Assembly (NCBI GenBank): GCA_027055635.1
Contig: JALUMZ010000055.1
Location: forward strand, 1 to 45,174
Source: Campylobacteraceae bacterium
Lineage (GTDB): Bacteria > Campylobacterota > Campylobacteria > Campylobacterales > Sulfurospirillaceae
DNA length: 45,174 nucleotides
Direction of reading: 5' to 3'
Positions within the stretch are counted from its first letter, which is position 1. Each line of letters opens with the position of its first letter. A model generated the notes under the pieces. The model had not been told where the DNA came from, searched no databases, and saw only the letters and a list, made by a program, of their open reading frames with translations. The position numbers and the translations under genes were made by a program. Positions 27,885 through 39,078 of the stretch are shown here, in pieces.

Positions 27885-29623
27885 TGTTAAAATACCTAAT
27901 AGACTTCTTAGAAAATGAAAAGATAGAAGAGAGCAAGATTTATAGTAGCCTAAAGTGTTCAGTTGCCGAGGCCCAAATACTAAGATACTTAGTAAAACAG
28001 TATGTTATCGGCAACACGGAAGTTCTTGCAGTAGATCTTTTAAAAGATATTTTTACGGTTGAGGGTTATGAATACCTAAGTCACCTCTCTTTGATAAAGA
28101 ACTTGATAGAACAAGGCTGGGTTACACAGGAGAATCTTTTGAGCATCAACTACTCTGAAGTTTCAAATTTGGAGCTTTTAAATAGTGTGGTGATGGTAAG
28201 CTCATCTTTTTTAAAGATATTAGAAGAGGGAACGCTAGAGATTTCTCTTCCTGAAATAACACCATATCTCGACCATTTAGAGTATCTAAAGGATCAATTC
28301 TCAAGGATAGATTTATATAGAAAATTGGCTCAAACAAGACAAAGTATAGCTGGAAACTCTCCGAGTATAAATAGACTGAAAAATAGACTCCAAGAGTTAG
28401 AAACAAGGATAGAAGAGCGCATAAAAGTGACAAAAGAAGAGATGGTTGTTGATGTGATATTTAAGGAAAATGGTTTAAATATAAAAGAACAATTGATATT
28501 TCTAGCTCTTTTAAAGGAGGAGTATGGAAGTGAATTTGAAAACTTAAGAGATATGAATACCCTTGTAAACCTCATTAGCTTGGATGATTATGAAAAGATG
28601 AAAAACAGATCTCTACTGGAAGATGGCTCAAAGCTTATAGAATCACTATTGATTGATTATGATGAGATGCTCAGCAGTTTTGGAGGAGTAACAAGGAGTT
28701 TTTTTGTTAGTGAAGAGGTGCTGCAAAAGATTATGCATCCAAATAAAGATAAAAAAAATAAGAAAATTAAGCTAGATATGCTTATAAGTGAACAAGATCT
28801 ATTTGAGCTTATCGAGCCTGCAACAACCATGGATGATGTTGTATTGCACCCAAAAACAAGAGAGGTTTTAGATACCTTGCTCAAACAGGTCAATCAAAAT
28901 GTTTTGAAGCTCTTAAGAGAGTGGGGCATAAAAAATAGAAGAAGCGGTATAGATGCAAAGGTTATTTTTTATGGACCTCCAGGTACTGGAAAAACAATGA
29001 CGGCTCTTAGCTTGGCAAAAACTATGAAAAAAAGAGTTTTAAGTTTTGATTGCTCTAAAATTCTCTCAAAATACATAGGAGAGAGTGAAAAAAATGTCAG
29101 AAATATTTTTGATGCATATAGGGACTTGTGCCAAAAAAGCAAGAGCAAACCTATATTGCTTTTAAATGAGGCTGATCAGTTTTTAAGTTCTCGCTCACTT
29201 GGAGCTAACTCTAGTGCTGATAAGATGCATAATCAAATGCAAAATATATTTTTAGAACAGATTGAAAGATTTGATGGAGTTTTAATTGCCACTACAAATC
29301 TACTTGAGAGTATAGATCCTGCATTTTCAAGAAGATTTGATTATAAGATAGAATTCTCTAAGCCAGATTTTAATCAAAGGCTTGAGCTTTGGAGAAAAAT
29401 GCTACCGGAAAATGCTCTGTATAGTGAAGATTTTAATATAAAATCTCTTGCCACTTTTCCTCTAAGTGGAGGACAGATGAATGTTGTTTTAAAAAATACA
29501 GCTCTTGCAGTAGCAATAAAAGATGAACCTATTTTTACCCTAGAAGATTTCCAAAAGAGTATAAAAAGAGAGCTAAAGGGTGCCTTTGGGGAGGAAAAAC
29601 CAATGGGTTTTATGAAAGGTTAA
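27884..29623 (+). CDS. AAA+ family ATPase
   Basis: GPPGTGKT Walker A, SKYIGESEKN pore loop, LLLNEAD Walker B variant, ATTN, DPAFSRRF; GTG start. Confidence 0.92.
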   Translation: MLKYLIDFLENEKIEESKIYSSLKCSVAEAQILRYLVKQYVIGNTEVLAVDLLKDIFTVEGYEYLSHLSLIKNLIEQGWVTQENLLSINYSEVSNLELLNSVVMVSSSFLKILEEGTLEISLPEITPYLDHLEYLKDQFSRIDLYRKLAQTRQSIAGNSPSINRLKNRLQELETRIEERIKVTKEEMVVDVIFKENGLNIKEQLIFLALLKEEYGSEFENLRDMNTLVNLISLDDYEKMKNRSLLEDGSKLIESLLIDYDEMLSSFGGVTRSFFVSEEVLQKIMHPNKDKKNKKIKLDMLISEQDLFELIEPATTMDDVVLHPKTREVLDTLLKQVNQNVLKLLREWGIKNRRSGIDAKVIFYGPPGTGKTMTALSLAKTMKKRVLSFDCSKILSKYIGESEKNVRNIFDAYRDLCQKSKSKPILLLNEADQFLSSRSLGANSSADKMHNQMQNIFLEQIERFDGVLIATTNLLESIDPAFSRRFDYKIEFSKPDFNQRLELWRKMLPENALYSEDFNIKSLATFPLSGGQMNVVLKNTALAVAIKDEPIFTLEDFQKSIKRELKGAFGEEKPMGFMKG

Positions 29624-29751
29624 AAAGTGTCGAGCACTAATTTATTTTAAAAAGCCTTAAAAGATGGTTTTGCCGATGGTTAAGCTGTAAGATATTTGGA
29701 ATTATCCACTTTAGCCTAAGATACGCTATTTGCAACAAATAGGATAAAATT

Positions 29752-30780
29752 ATGAAATACAGTTTTAAAAATGATTATAGTGAAGGTTGCCACCCGGAGA
29801 TTTTAGAAGCTCTGATGCATACAAATCTTGAGCCTCAGGAGGGATATGGAGAAGATATATATACTCAAAAAGCAAAAGCGTTAATTAAGGATAAAATTGG
29901 AAATCTAAATTGTGATATATATTTCGTTTCAGGCGGAACTCAAGCAAATTTGATAGTTATATCTTCTATTTTAAGGCCTTATGAATCTGTAATATCCGCA
30001 GATAGTGGGCATATAAATATCCATGAAGCCGGTGCCATAGAAGCTGTTGGACATAAGATAAATAGTATAAAGAGTGATGATGGTAAGCTTTATGTTGAGG
30101 ATATTAGACAAGTTTTAAGCGAGCATGATGAAGCTCCACATGTAGTAAAACCAAAAATGGTATATATATCAAATTCGACAGAACTCGGTACTATATATAC
30201 AAGAGATGAATTACAAAAATTATCAAATTTTTGCAAGCTAAATGCTTTATATCTTTTTTTGGATGGAGCAAGACTTGGTTCTGCTTTGAGTTCAAAAGAT
30301 AACGATGTAAGTTTAAATGATTTATCAAAATTTCTTGATATTTTTTATATAGGTGGAACAAAAAATGGAGCACTTTTGGGTGAAGCTATCGTGATAAACA
30401 GTGATAATCTTAAAAAAGATTTTGCTTACAATCTTAAGCAAAAAGGTGCATTAATGTCAAAGGGTAGAGTTTTGGGAGTGCAGTTTATGAGCCTTTTTGA
30501 AAATAGTCTTTTTTTTGATTTAGCAAACCATGCAAACTTGATGGCACAAAAGATGGCAAAAGCTATAGAAAAGAGTGGATTTTCATTTTTATCCAAGCCT
30601 CAAACAAATCAGATTTTTCCGATTTTACCAAATAATCTTGTAAAAAAACTTGAAGAAGATTTTGACTTTTATGTATGGAAAAAGATTGACAAAGAAAAGT
30701 CTGCTATAAGACTTGTAACATCTTGGGCAACAAGAGAAGATATTGTTGATGAGTTTATCAATTCTTTAGAAAAATATTAG
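29752..30780 (+). CDS. ltaE: low-specificity L-threonine aldolase family protein (PLP-dependent)
   Basis: FKNDYSEG, GYGED, GGTQAN, HINIHEAGA, LDGARL, GGTKNG (PLP lysine), RLVTSWAT. Confidence 0.85.
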   Translation: MKYSFKNDYSEGCHPEILEALMHTNLEPQEGYGEDIYTQKAKALIKDKIGNLNCDIYFVSGGTQANLIVISSILRPYESVISADSGHINIHEAGAIEAVGHKINSIKSDDGKLYVEDIRQVLSEHDEAPHVVKPKMVYISNSTELGTIYTRDELQKLSNFCKLNALYLFLDGARLGSALSSKDNDVSLNDLSKFLDIFYIGGTKNGALLGEAIVINSDNLKKDFAYNLKQKGALMSKGRVLGVQFMSLFENSLFFDLANHANLMAQKMAKAIEKSGFSFLSKPQTNQIFPILPNNLVKKLEEDFDFYVWKKIDKEKSAIRLVTSWATREDIVDEFINSLEKY

Positions 30781-31001
30781 ACATCCGTACATTGTTTAAA
30801 TTTTAAGAGTTTATTGTTGAGCCACTAATAAAATTTATAACAGTTCTATGCCTGATTGGGGTTTTAAAATTTATACAAATATGGTTTTCTAAGCAAGGTT
30901 AAAAGATATTTTTTATATCATACATCTGTATGATTATTTAATAGTCATTTAAAAGATATATATAGTTTAATATTTTAAAAAAATTTTAAGAAGGATTTTC
31001 C

Positions 31002-31400
31002 ATGACACCTTTGTCACATATGGATTTTAGCCACCCATATTTTGGTGCCTTTTTTTTACTTGTTTTTGCTTCAGTTGCTTTTTATGCAGTAACTGTTCTT
31101 GCAAGAGTAGTTAGTAGGAAAATGGCAAGGTTGGATAATGAGAAGTTAAAACTCACCATTTATGAGTGTGGTCCAGAAGTTACAAAACAGCCAAACAAGA
31201 TATCTGCGCAATTTTATCTTTTTGCTCTTTTGTTTATTTTATTTGATGTGGAGATTATTTTTATGTTTCCATGGGCAGTTGACTTTAAAATTCTAGGTTG
31301 GTTTGGTTTTACGGAGATGGTTCTTTTTATTATCTTGCTTACCATAGGTTTTGTATATGCTTGGAAAAAAGGAGCGCTTGAATGGCACAGCATAAAATAA
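31002..31400 (+). CDS. nuoA: NADH-quinone oxidoreductase subunit A
   Basis: [26 protein letters not shown]. Confidence 0.96.
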   Translation: MTPLSHMDFSHPYFGAFFLLVFASVAFYAVTVLARVVSRKMARLDNEKLKLTIYECGPEVTKQPNKISAQFYLFALLFILFDVEIIFMFPWAVDFKILGWFGFTEMVLFIILLTIGFVYAWKKGALEWHSIK

Positions 31401-31891
31401 ATTATCTAAGTGAAGCAGGGCTTCCCGTTGCACTCACAACGGTTGATAAGTTGATTCAGTGGGGTAGAAGTAACTCTTTGTGGCCTATGACTTATGGACT
31501 TGCCTGTTGTGCAATAGAGATGATGGCTACAGGTGCTAGCAGATATGATTTTGATCGTTTTGGAACGATATTTAGAGCAAGCCCTAGACAGTCCGATGTA
31601 TTGATAATAGCAGGAACTCTGACAAAAAAACACTCTCCTTTTATGAGAAGACTATATGATCAGATGACCGAACCAAAATGGGTTATAAGTATGGGTAGTT
31701 GTGCAAATACAGGTGGGATGTTTAATACTTATGCCACAGTTCAAGGAGCAGACAGAATAATTCCCGTAGATATTTATCTTCCGGGGTGTGCGCCCAGACC
31801 TGAAACACTGCAATATGCACTTATGCTTTTACAAAAGAAATTGCGGACCCAGAGTGCATCAAGAAAACTTAAGCCTAAAAGGTTGGTATGA
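31382..31891 (+). CDS. nuoB: NADH-quinone oxidoreductase subunit B
   Basis: [36 protein letters not shown]. Confidence 0.97.
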   Translation: MAQHKINYLSEAGLPVALTTVDKLIQWGRSNSLWPMTYGLACCAIEMMATGASRYDFDRFGTIFRASPRQSDVLIIAGTLTKKHSPFMRRLYDQMTEPKWVISMGSCANTGGMFNTYATVQGADRIIPVDIYLPGCAPRPETLQYALMLLQKKLRTQSASRKLKPKRLV

Positions 31892-32688
31892 TGAGAAAAT
31901 TTACACAAAAGAAGAATGCACAGAAAAAACCATACTATACAGATCGTTTTTGGGTAGCTCCACAAGTCCCAAAAGAAGAAGTAAATAGTGACGAGATTTT
32001 TGCTAAAGATTTAGAAGAGCTCAAATCCAATTTTGATATCAAAGATGCTTATATCCAGCGGGGGCAGTTGGTCGTATATATAGGCGCAAATGAAAATGTT
32101 GAAGTTTTGACATTTTTAAAACACAAGTTAGAGTATAATTTTTTAAGTGAACTTAGTGCAATCGACTGGCTAGAGAAGAGTGGAGAGTTTGAGATATTTT
32201 ATCAACTACTCTCAACTAGCAAAAGAAAAAGAGTTAGGATTAAGTTTTTTATAAAACAAAATAGAGAGATAAGAACAGTTTCAAAGATATATAAGAGTGC
32301 TGATTGGGGTGAGAGAGAGATGTATGATATGTTTGGTGTGATTATTACCGGACATCACTACATGAAAAGAATTTTGATGCCTGAAGATTGGTACGATCAT
32401 CCGCTCAAAAAATCATATCCGCTTCATGGAGATGAAGAGGCGAGTTGGTATGAGATAGATAAAATTTTTGGCAAAGAGTATAGAGATATAATTGGACCTG
32501 AAAATAGAGATAGTTCTAGGGTTGATGAAAATGATACTTATAACTTCTCTAGAATTCACCACGAGGTTCCTTTTGGTGAAAAGCCTTCGTCAAAGATTGT
32601 TGAGACTGATTATCAGGAAGATGGTGGTGTATTTTTAGTTAAGAGCCTAAAAAAAGCTGATAGCGTAACCCTAAAAGAGAGACCTTAA
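31888..32688 (+). CDS. nuoC: NADH-quinone oxidoreductase subunit C
   Basis: [33 protein letters not shown]. Confidence 0.95.
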   Translation: MMRKFTQKKNAQKKPYYTDRFWVAPQVPKEEVNSDEIFAKDLEELKSNFDIKDAYIQRGQLVVYIGANENVEVLTFLKHKLEYNFLSELSAIDWLEKSGEFEIFYQLLSTSKRKRVRIKFFIKQNREIRTVSKIYKSADWGEREMYDMFGVIITGHHYMKRILMPEDWYDHPLKKSYPLHGDEEASWYEIDKIFGKEYRDIIGPENRDSSRVDENDTYNFSRIHHEVPFGEKPSSKIVETDYQEDGGVFLVKSLKKADSVTLKERP

Positions 32689-32689
32689 T

Positions 32690-33916
32690 ATGCAAAAAGT
32701 CAATAGATTACAACCATTTTTTGAAAATTTAGCTTTTGAGAGAGAAGATGATACTATGATTATCAACTTTGGTCCTCAGCATCCAAGTTCACACGGGCAG
32801 TTGCGTCTTATACTTGAGCTAGATGGTGAGTTGGTTACAAAAGCTGTACCGGATATCGGCTATCTTCACCGTGGTATGGAGAAGATGGCAGAAAATATGA
32901 TATATAATGAATTCCTTCCAACAACAGACAGAATGGATTATATAGCTGCTACTTCAAATAACTATGGTTTTGCACATGCAGTAGAAAAACTGTTGGATTT
33001 AGAGATTCCAAGACGAGCACAAACTATCAGAATGATGCTACTAGAGTTAAATCGTATAATTTCACACCTATTTTGGTTAGCTACTCATGCACTTGATGTT
33101 GGTGCTATGACTATCTTCTTGTATGCTTTTAGAGAAAGAGAGTATGCAATGGATTTGATGGAAGATTATTGCGGAGCAAGACTCACTCACTCTGCTGTCA
33201 GAATAGGTGGAGTTCCACTTGATTTGCCCGAAAATTGGATAACAAAACTAAGTAAATTTATAGATAAGCTTCCTAGCGATATAGCTGATTATGAGGGTTT
33301 GCTTGATCAAAATAGAATTTGGAAGATGAGACTAGAGGGAGTAGGGGTTATCACACCTGAAATGGCTCAGAATTGGGGATGTAGCGGACCATCTCTAAGA
33401 GGTAGCGGAATCGCATGGGATATCAGAAAAGAGGAGCCTTATGAACTTTATGATGAGGTTGATTTTGATGTGCCGGTCAGTACTACTTGTGATAGTTACG
33501 GAAGATATAAGCTCCATATGGAAGAGATGAGACAGAGCATAAAAATCATAAGACAAGTCATAGCTATGTACTATAAAACAGAGCCGGAAATCATGGCTCA
33601 TGCACCGCAATATATATCGGCTCCAAAAGAGCAGATTATGACTCAAAATTACTCTTTGATGCAGCATTTTGTGTTGGTAACTCAGGGTATGAGACCTCCT
33701 GTCGGCGAAGTATATGTTGCAACCGAATCTCCAAAAGGTGAGTTGGGATTTTATATAAATTCTCAAGGTGGGGCATATCCGTATAGATTAAAATTAAGAG
33801 CACCTAGTTTTTGGCATACGAGTTTACTGCAAGAGTTACTTCCTGGACACTATTTGGCTGATGTTGTAACTATCATCGGAAACCTAAATATCGTCTTTGG
33901 CGAAATAGACAGATAG
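32690..33916 (+). CDS. nuoD: NADH-quinone oxidoreductase subunit D
   Basis: [41 protein letters not shown]. Confidence 0.97.
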   Translation: MQKVNRLQPFFENLAFEREDDTMIINFGPQHPSSHGQLRLILELDGELVTKAVPDIGYLHRGMEKMAENMIYNEFLPTTDRMDYIAATSNNYGFAHAVEKLLDLEIPRRAQTIRMMLLELNRIISHLFWLATHALDVGAMTIFLYAFREREYAMDLMEDYCGARLTHSAVRIGGVPLDLPENWITKLSKFIDKLPSDIADYEGLLDQNRIWKMRLEGVGVITPEMAQNWGCSGPSLRGSGIAWDIRKEEPYELYDEVDFDVPVSTTCDSYGRYKLHMEEMRQSIKIIRQVIAMYYKTEPEIMAHAPQYISAPKEQIMTQNYSLMQHFVLVTQGMRPPVGEVYVATESPKGELGFYINSQGGAYPYRLKLRAPSFWHTSLLQELLPGHYLADVVTIIGNLNIVFGEIDR

Positions 33917-33924
33917 GAGAAGTT

Positions 33925-34164
33925 ATGCAAAGATATGATTTAAGACACCTAAAAGAGAACTTTTACAGCAGAATGCTTGAGATAATGAGTGAAAGAAAAG
34001 AGGGTGAAGTTAGTATATTTATGTTTGAAATTGGTGATTTTTCTCCTGTTCAAAAGAGTGCTGATTTGATAAAAGAGGCTGGATATACACTGATGAATTC
34101 ACTCAAATACAATGAAGTTGATTGGATGATAGTGGTTAAAAAAAGTAGTGGAGAAGAGCTTTGA
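33925..34164 (+). CDS. epsilonproteobacterial complex I small subunit at the nuoE position (Cj1575c-like)
   Basis: 79 aa, R.DLRHL, FMFEIGDFS.VQKSADL, LMNSLKYNEVDW; no Cys; lies between nuoD and nuoG. Confidence 0.85.
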   Translation: MQRYDLRHLKENFYSRMLEIMSERKEGEVSIFMFEIGDFSPVQKSADLIKEAGYTLMNSLKYNEVDWMIVVKKSSGEEL

Positions 34165-34988
34165 GAGAGAGTTTCTTATCACTTTTAGATAGTGGGGATA
34201 AAGATACTTATACTGATACTATAAACTCTGATTTTGTACTGGTTATGGGATTTATGCCATCAAGACAAAAGAGTATATTAAAAAGGCTTAGAGAAAATAG
34301 ATCTGTTGTTTACTTAAGCGCTATAGAAGATAAAAATATGATTAGTATAGCCCAAATTCAAAGTAGATATGAAGCAGGAAGCGAAGAGGGAGTCTTGGCT
34401 ATTATGGCAAAAGAGTTACTGTCAAATAGCAATGTTGATACTAAAACTAAAGATTTTTTTGATAATTTGGATGATGGCTACATAAGTGCAGAGTCAAATA
34501 TCGGTGAAGAGGAGCTAGGAGAGATAGATAAAATTTATAAAAAATCTACAAAGCCTATGCTAGTTTTAGGGTATGATTTTTACAATCATCCTAGAAGAAA
34601 AAATATAGCAAATATCATCAATCTTTTTATAAAGTATGGAAATTTTAAAGTTTTTGTTCAAAACAGTGAAGATATTTTAGAGAGAAGTGATACAGATCAA
34701 GAATTGCAAGAAGTTGCTCAGTTAGATAGTTTTGATGGAAGTGTTGTCTATACTTGCCCCCCTTTAAACAGGGACGAGGAAGAGCTTCTGATTGGTTCAC
34801 AGCAATTTGCATTAGTGGCAAAGGTTAAAGATGATGATGATATTTTCGTGATAACCGAAAATGGAGAGTATAGAAGAAAGTTTATGTTAGATAAAGAGTT
34901 GAAGGGTACCATTGCACTGCTTCCAAGTGCAAATGGCGATGAATCGTATTACTACAAGATAGCAAAAATTATTAAGCGAGAAAATTAA
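34161..34988 (+). CDS. epsilonproteobacterial complex I subunit at the nuoF position (Cj1574c-like)
   Basis: YEAGSEEGVLA, LDDGYISAESNIGEEE, HPRRKNIA, GSQQFA; no NADH/FMN-binding or Fe-S motifs; TTG start. Confidence 0.82.
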   Translation: MRESFLSLLDSGDKDTYTDTINSDFVLVMGFMPSRQKSILKRLRENRSVVYLSAIEDKNMISIAQIQSRYEAGSEEGVLAIMAKELLSNSNVDTKTKDFFDNLDDGYISAESNIGEEELGEIDKIYKKSTKPMLVLGYDFYNHPRRKNIANIINLFIKYGNFKVFVQNSEDILERSDTDQELQEVAQLDSFDGSVVYTCPPLNRDEEELLIGSQQFALVAKVKDDDDIFVITENGEYRRKFMLDKELKGTIALLPSANGDESYYYKIAKIIKREN

Positions 34989-37462
34989 TGAGCGATATAA
35001 CAGTAACTATTGATGGAAAACAGTGTAGGGCGAACGAAGGGGAGTATATACTTAATATTGCAAGAAGAAATGGTATATTTATACCTGCTATTTGCTATTT
35101 AACAAACTGCTCACCTACGCTTGCATGTAGATTGTGTCTAGTAGAGATAGATGGCAAGAGAGCATACTCATGTAATGCAAAAGCCAAAGATGGTATGGCA
35201 GTGACGACTAAAACCGAAGAGATTGAGGTCGAAAGAAAGGCCATAATGAAGGTCTATGATACAAATCATCCTCTTGAGTGCGGAGTTTGTGATCAAAGTG
35301 GTGAGTGTGAATTGCAAAATTATACTCTTGAAATGGGTGTTGACCATCAAGAGTTTTCTATAGCCGATACCATCAGACCTGTACATGAGTGGGGTTTTAT
35401 ACATTATGATTCATCACTCTGTATAGTTTGTGAAAGGTGTGTAACGATTTGTAAGGATATGATTGGCGAATCTGTGCTTAAAACCGTGCCTAGAGGCGGA
35501 GTTGCACTTCCAAAAGAGTGGAAAGAGGTTGCACCAAAAGATACATATGCTATGTGGAACAAACTACAAAAGTCGCTTATTGGGATTGCTAGTGGGGCAG
35601 ATACGCTAGAGTGCACAAATTGTGGAGAGTGTACTGCAGTTTGCCCGGTTGGAGCTTTGGTTGGAAGTGATTTTCAATACAGCTCAAATGCTTGGGAGCT
35701 TCAAAAGATACCGGCATCAAATCCACACAGTAGCGATTGCTCTTTGATATACTATGATGTTAAGCAGACAAATATAAAAGACCCAATAGAGAAAATTTTC
35801 AGAGTAAGCAGTGATTATAATTATGCTCCTTTGCATGGTGGCATTAGATATGGATATGATTTTGAAAATAAGGGAGAGGGCAAAGATCAAAAAGCTATGA
35901 AAAAAGCAGTCAAATTCTTTAAGGAGGAGGCTGATACTATAAAATTTGATAGTTTTATCACAAATGAAGAAGCCTTTATACTACAAAAGCTAAAAGAAAA
36001 ATATGGCTATAAACTTGTAAACGATGATGCATATGCCTATAAAAGATTTTTAGAAAATTTTAGAAAAACAGCCGGTAAATCTTTGTATAGCGGAGATATA
36101 AAAAGCTTGCAAAATAGTAATTTTGTAGTCAGTGTCGGCTCTTATGTTAAGAGTGATAATCCAAATGTTGGGTATGGCATAAACAATGCATTGACTATGA
36201 ACAAGGGTGCCGGACTCTATTTTCATCCGATTATAGATCCTATAGTGGATGGATACTCCAAAAATATGCTCTGTATCAACCATAAAGTTGGAGTTGAAGA
36301 GTCTATTTTATATCTTGTCTTAGATCTCTTTGGAGATAAAGAGAGATTGCCTGAAAATTTACTCAAATATCTTGAGAGTTTTCACAGTAAAGAGAAGAAG
36401 ACCATAGCAGAGATTGTAAAAGAACAGGTCAAAGAGATAGTTAAAGATGAAGAGAGCGGTGAAGAGAAAGAGGTTGTTAAAACTGTCAGTAAAAAAATAG
36501 AAAAAGAGATAGAAGTTGATAAAAATAGTCTATACGACACTGTTGGACTAGATGATGATTTTGATACTAAACTTAAAAAAATGCTTATGAAAAAAGATAA
36601 GTTTTTCTTAGTGGCAGGAGAGGATCTTTATAACCATAAAAGAGCAGAAAATTTAGCTAAGCTTTTAGGTTTAATCCAAAGATATACAAATTTTGAAATA
36701 CTAATCATACCTTCAAAAACAAATACACTCGGAGTTTCTCTGATTTGTGATTTAGATGAAAAAGTCGGGAAAAAAGTTGCTGGGTATAATGTAAAAGCAG
36801 ATTTCAATTTAAGCGCACTAGGAAAAGGCGATCTTAGCTTCCCGGCACTGAATCAACAAGAGGGTACATTTACTTCATTAAATAAAAGGGTGGTTCCGAC
36901 AAATGTGGCTCTTAGTTTTGATGGATATTGTTTGAATGATTTGGCTAATGAATTAGGATTAAAAGCAGAAAATACTATAGATTATACTTTTGAGCTTGGA
37001 AGAGTAAGCGGGTATAAGAGTGAAGAGTTTGATGAATTGCCAAATGAATTTTTAAACTCAGGAGTTGAAAACAGAGGCTATCTGTTAGATGTAGAGAGTT
37101 TTGAGGCAAATGATGAGGTTGGAGAGATAGAAGATATAGATTTTGGTGATCAGAGTGTAGTCTATCTAGCAAATCCGGTGATGCAGTTTAGTGCTTTTAC
37201 AAACAGAGCTCATCAGTTAAATGAGGCAGGAGCACTGTATGCCTCATCTGATTATATGGAAGCAAATGGTTTTAAAGATGGTTCTATGGTTTTGATTAGC
37301 ACAAAAGATGCAAAGCTTGCAGTTGCAATCAAGTATGACCACCAGATAAAAGGGATGATTCCATATTTGCCGACTTTTGATACAAAACTAGAGGTTATGC
37401 CATTTTTTGAGGATGGATATAGATATGCAAAAGTAGAGATAAAAGGTGTACAAAATGATTGA
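34988..37462 (+). CDS. nuoG: NADH-quinone oxidoreductase subunit G
   Basis: IPAICY...ACRLC, HPLECGVCDQSGECELQ, CIVCERC, CTNCGECTAVCPVGAL. Confidence 0.95.
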   Translation: MSDITVTIDGKQCRANEGEYILNIARRNGIFIPAICYLTNCSPTLACRLCLVEIDGKRAYSCNAKAKDGMAVTTKTEEIEVERKAIMKVYDTNHPLECGVCDQSGECELQNYTLEMGVDHQEFSIADTIRPVHEWGFIHYDSSLCIVCERCVTICKDMIGESVLKTVPRGGVALPKEWKEVAPKDTYAMWNKLQKSLIGIASGADTLECTNCGECTAVCPVGALVGSDFQYSSNAWELQKIPASNPHSSDCSLIYYDVKQTNIKDPIEKIFRVSSDYNYAPLHGGIRYGYDFENKGEGKDQKAMKKAVKFFKEEADTIKFDSFITNEEAFILQKLKEKYGYKLVNDDAYAYKRFLENFRKTAGKSLYSGDIKSLQNSNFVVSVGSYVKSDNPNVGYGINNALTMNKGAGLYFHPIIDPIVDGYSKNMLCINHKVGVEESILYLVLDLFGDKERLPENLLKYLESFHSKEKKTIAEIVKEQVKEIVKDEESGEEKEVVKTVSKKIEKEIEVDKNSLYDTVGLDDDFDTKLKKMLMKKDKFFLVAGEDLYNHKRAENLAKLLGLIQRYTNFEILIIPSKTNTLGVSLICDLDEKVGKKVAGYNVKADFNLSALGKGDLSFPALNQQEGTFTSLNKRVVPTNVALSFDGYCLNDLANELGLKAENTIDYTFELGRVSGYKSEEFDELPNEFLNSGVENRGYLLDVESFEANDEVGEIEDIDFGDQSVVYLANPVMQFSAFTNRAHQLNEAGALYASSDYMEANGFKDGSMVLISTKDAKLAVAIKYDHQIKGMIPYLPTFDTKLEVMPFFEDGYRYAKVEIKGVQND

Positions 37463-38447
37463 AACAGCCTTGATAATTGAAACAGTAGTCAAAGCAGTAG
37501 TTGTCCTCTCTGTTGTAGCTGCCATGGCAGGATTTGCAACATTTATAGAGAGAAAAGTGCTTGCATTTATGCAAAGGAGACTAGGTCCTATGCATGTTGG
37601 TCCTTATGGATTATTGCAGTTGGCAGCAGACGGTATAAAGCTTTTTACAAAAGAGGATATCATACCGCAAAATGCTATAAAACCTATATTTATCATAGCA
37701 CCGGTTATTGGTGCAGCTTCAGCATTTGTGGCAGTGGCTGCAGTACCTTACTTTCCAGAGTTTACAGTTTTTGGATACACAATTCATCCTATCATTTCAG
37801 ATATAAATGTGGGTTTGCTTTTCATAATGGGTGCTGCATCAGTTGGGATGTACGGACCTCTTTTGGCAGGCTTGAGTAGTGCAAATAAATGGTCGCTGCT
37901 AGGTGGTGCAAGAGCAGTTATACAGCTTTTGAGTTTTGAGGTAGTAAGCGGTTTGTCTATTTTGGCTCCAATCATGATGATAGGTTCTTTGTCCTTGATA
38001 GATATGAATGATTATCAGATAGGCGGTGTGGCAAATTGGCTTATTTGGAAGCAACCTTTAGCATTTGTGCTTTTTGCCATAGCAGGATTTGCAGAGACAA
38101 ACAGAACACCTTTTGATTTGGTTGAGTTTGAAGCAGAGATAGTCTCTGGTTATGCTACTGAGTATTCTGGTATGAGATGGGGTCTATTTTTTATCGGTGA
38201 GTATGCAAATATGATAACTATATCGGTTATGGTTAGTATCATATTTTTAGGAGGCTACAACGATATGTGGTTTATTCCCGGTGCGATTGCCATGCTTTTA
38301 AAAGTCTCTTTGTGGATATTTTTATTTTTATGGGTGAGAGCAGCTTGGCCTCACATCAGACCTGATCAGTTGATGTGGTTGTGTTGGAAAGTGTTGATGC
38401 CACTTTCGTTGATAAATGTGCTGATTACCGGCATAGTCTTGGTATAG
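37455..38447 (+). CDS. nuoH: NADH-quinone oxidoreductase subunit H
   Basis: ERKVLA.MQRRLGP, ADGIKL..KE, AETNRTPFD, EYSG, RPDQLM. ATG 37455 is preferred over GTG 37446. Confidence 0.96.
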   Translation: MIETALIIETVVKAVVVLSVVAAMAGFATFIERKVLAFMQRRLGPMHVGPYGLLQLAADGIKLFTKEDIIPQNAIKPIFIIAPVIGAASAFVAVAAVPYFPEFTVFGYTIHPIISDINVGLLFIMGAASVGMYGPLLAGLSSANKWSLLGGARAVIQLLSFEVVSGLSILAPIMMIGSLSLIDMNDYQIGGVANWLIWKQPLAFVLFAIAGFAETNRTPFDLVEFEAEIVSGYATEYSGMRWGLFFIGEYANMITISVMVSIIFLGGYNDMWFIPGAIAMLLKVSLWIFLFLWVRAAWPHIRPDQLMWLCWKVLMPLSLINVLITGIVLV

Positions 38448-38456
38448 GAGTAAAAT

Positions 38457-39071
38457 ATGGAATTACGAGGATTTAAAAATAGAAATGCAACTCCTGGATA
38501 TATATATTTTGAAGGTGAAAAAGAGTCTCAAAACAGTTGGGAAAGATTCAAACGATTTTCAGCACGAGCGGTAAAAGGAGAACTTTTTGTAGGTCTCTGG
38601 ATTGTTTTAAGAGAGATGATTAAATTTAATATCCATACGGTTCAATATCCACTTCAAAAATTGCAAATGTTTCCAAGATACAGAGCTATACATAAACTTT
38701 TGAGACTTTTTGAAAGTGGACATGAGAGATGTATAGGATGTGGACTTTGTGAAAAGATTTGCATAGCTAATTGTATAAAAATAGATACAAAAGTAGATGA
38801 AAATAGCAGGAAACTTGTCACGGAGTATAGTATAAACTTTGGCAGATGTATTTTTTGTGGGTATTGTGCTGAAGTCTGTCCTGAACTTGCTATTGTGCAT
38901 GGCGATGATTATGAGCATGCAAGTGAGCAGAGAGCTCATTTTGGGTTAAGAGAGGATATGCTAACTCCTATCGATGAGTTTAAGGCAAAAAAACAAAAAG
39001 AGTTTCCTGGTTTTGGTGCATTGAGTAAAGATGCTGATAAATTTGTCAAAAAAACACCATTAGCGTATTGA
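38457..39071 (+). CDS. nuoI: NADH-quinone oxidoreductase subunit I
   Basis: Two ferredoxin motifs CIGCGLCEKIC and CIFCGYCAEVCP; TVQYP. Confidence 0.96.
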   Translation: MELRGFKNRNATPGYIYFEGEKESQNSWERFKRFSARAVKGELFVGLWIVLREMIKFNIHTVQYPLQKLQMFPRYRAIHKLLRLFESGHERCIGCGLCEKICIANCIKIDTKVDENSRKLVTEYSINFGRCIFCGYCAEVCPELAIVHGDDYEHASEQRAHFGLREDMLTPIDEFKAKKQKEFPGFGALSKDADKFVKKTPLAY

Positions 39072-39078
39072 GGTAGAT

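Noticed and set aside
29624-29751. Possible small ORF or riboswitch upstream of the threonine aldolase gene
   Set aside because: The GTG at 29627 hits a stop after 7 codons, and no convincing stem or known riboswitch motif was seen.
36385-36525. Lys/Glu/Val-rich low-complexity stretch in NuoG
   Set aside because: In frame with no nucleotide tandem repeat; from recall, similar charged insertions occur in Campylobacterales NuoG.
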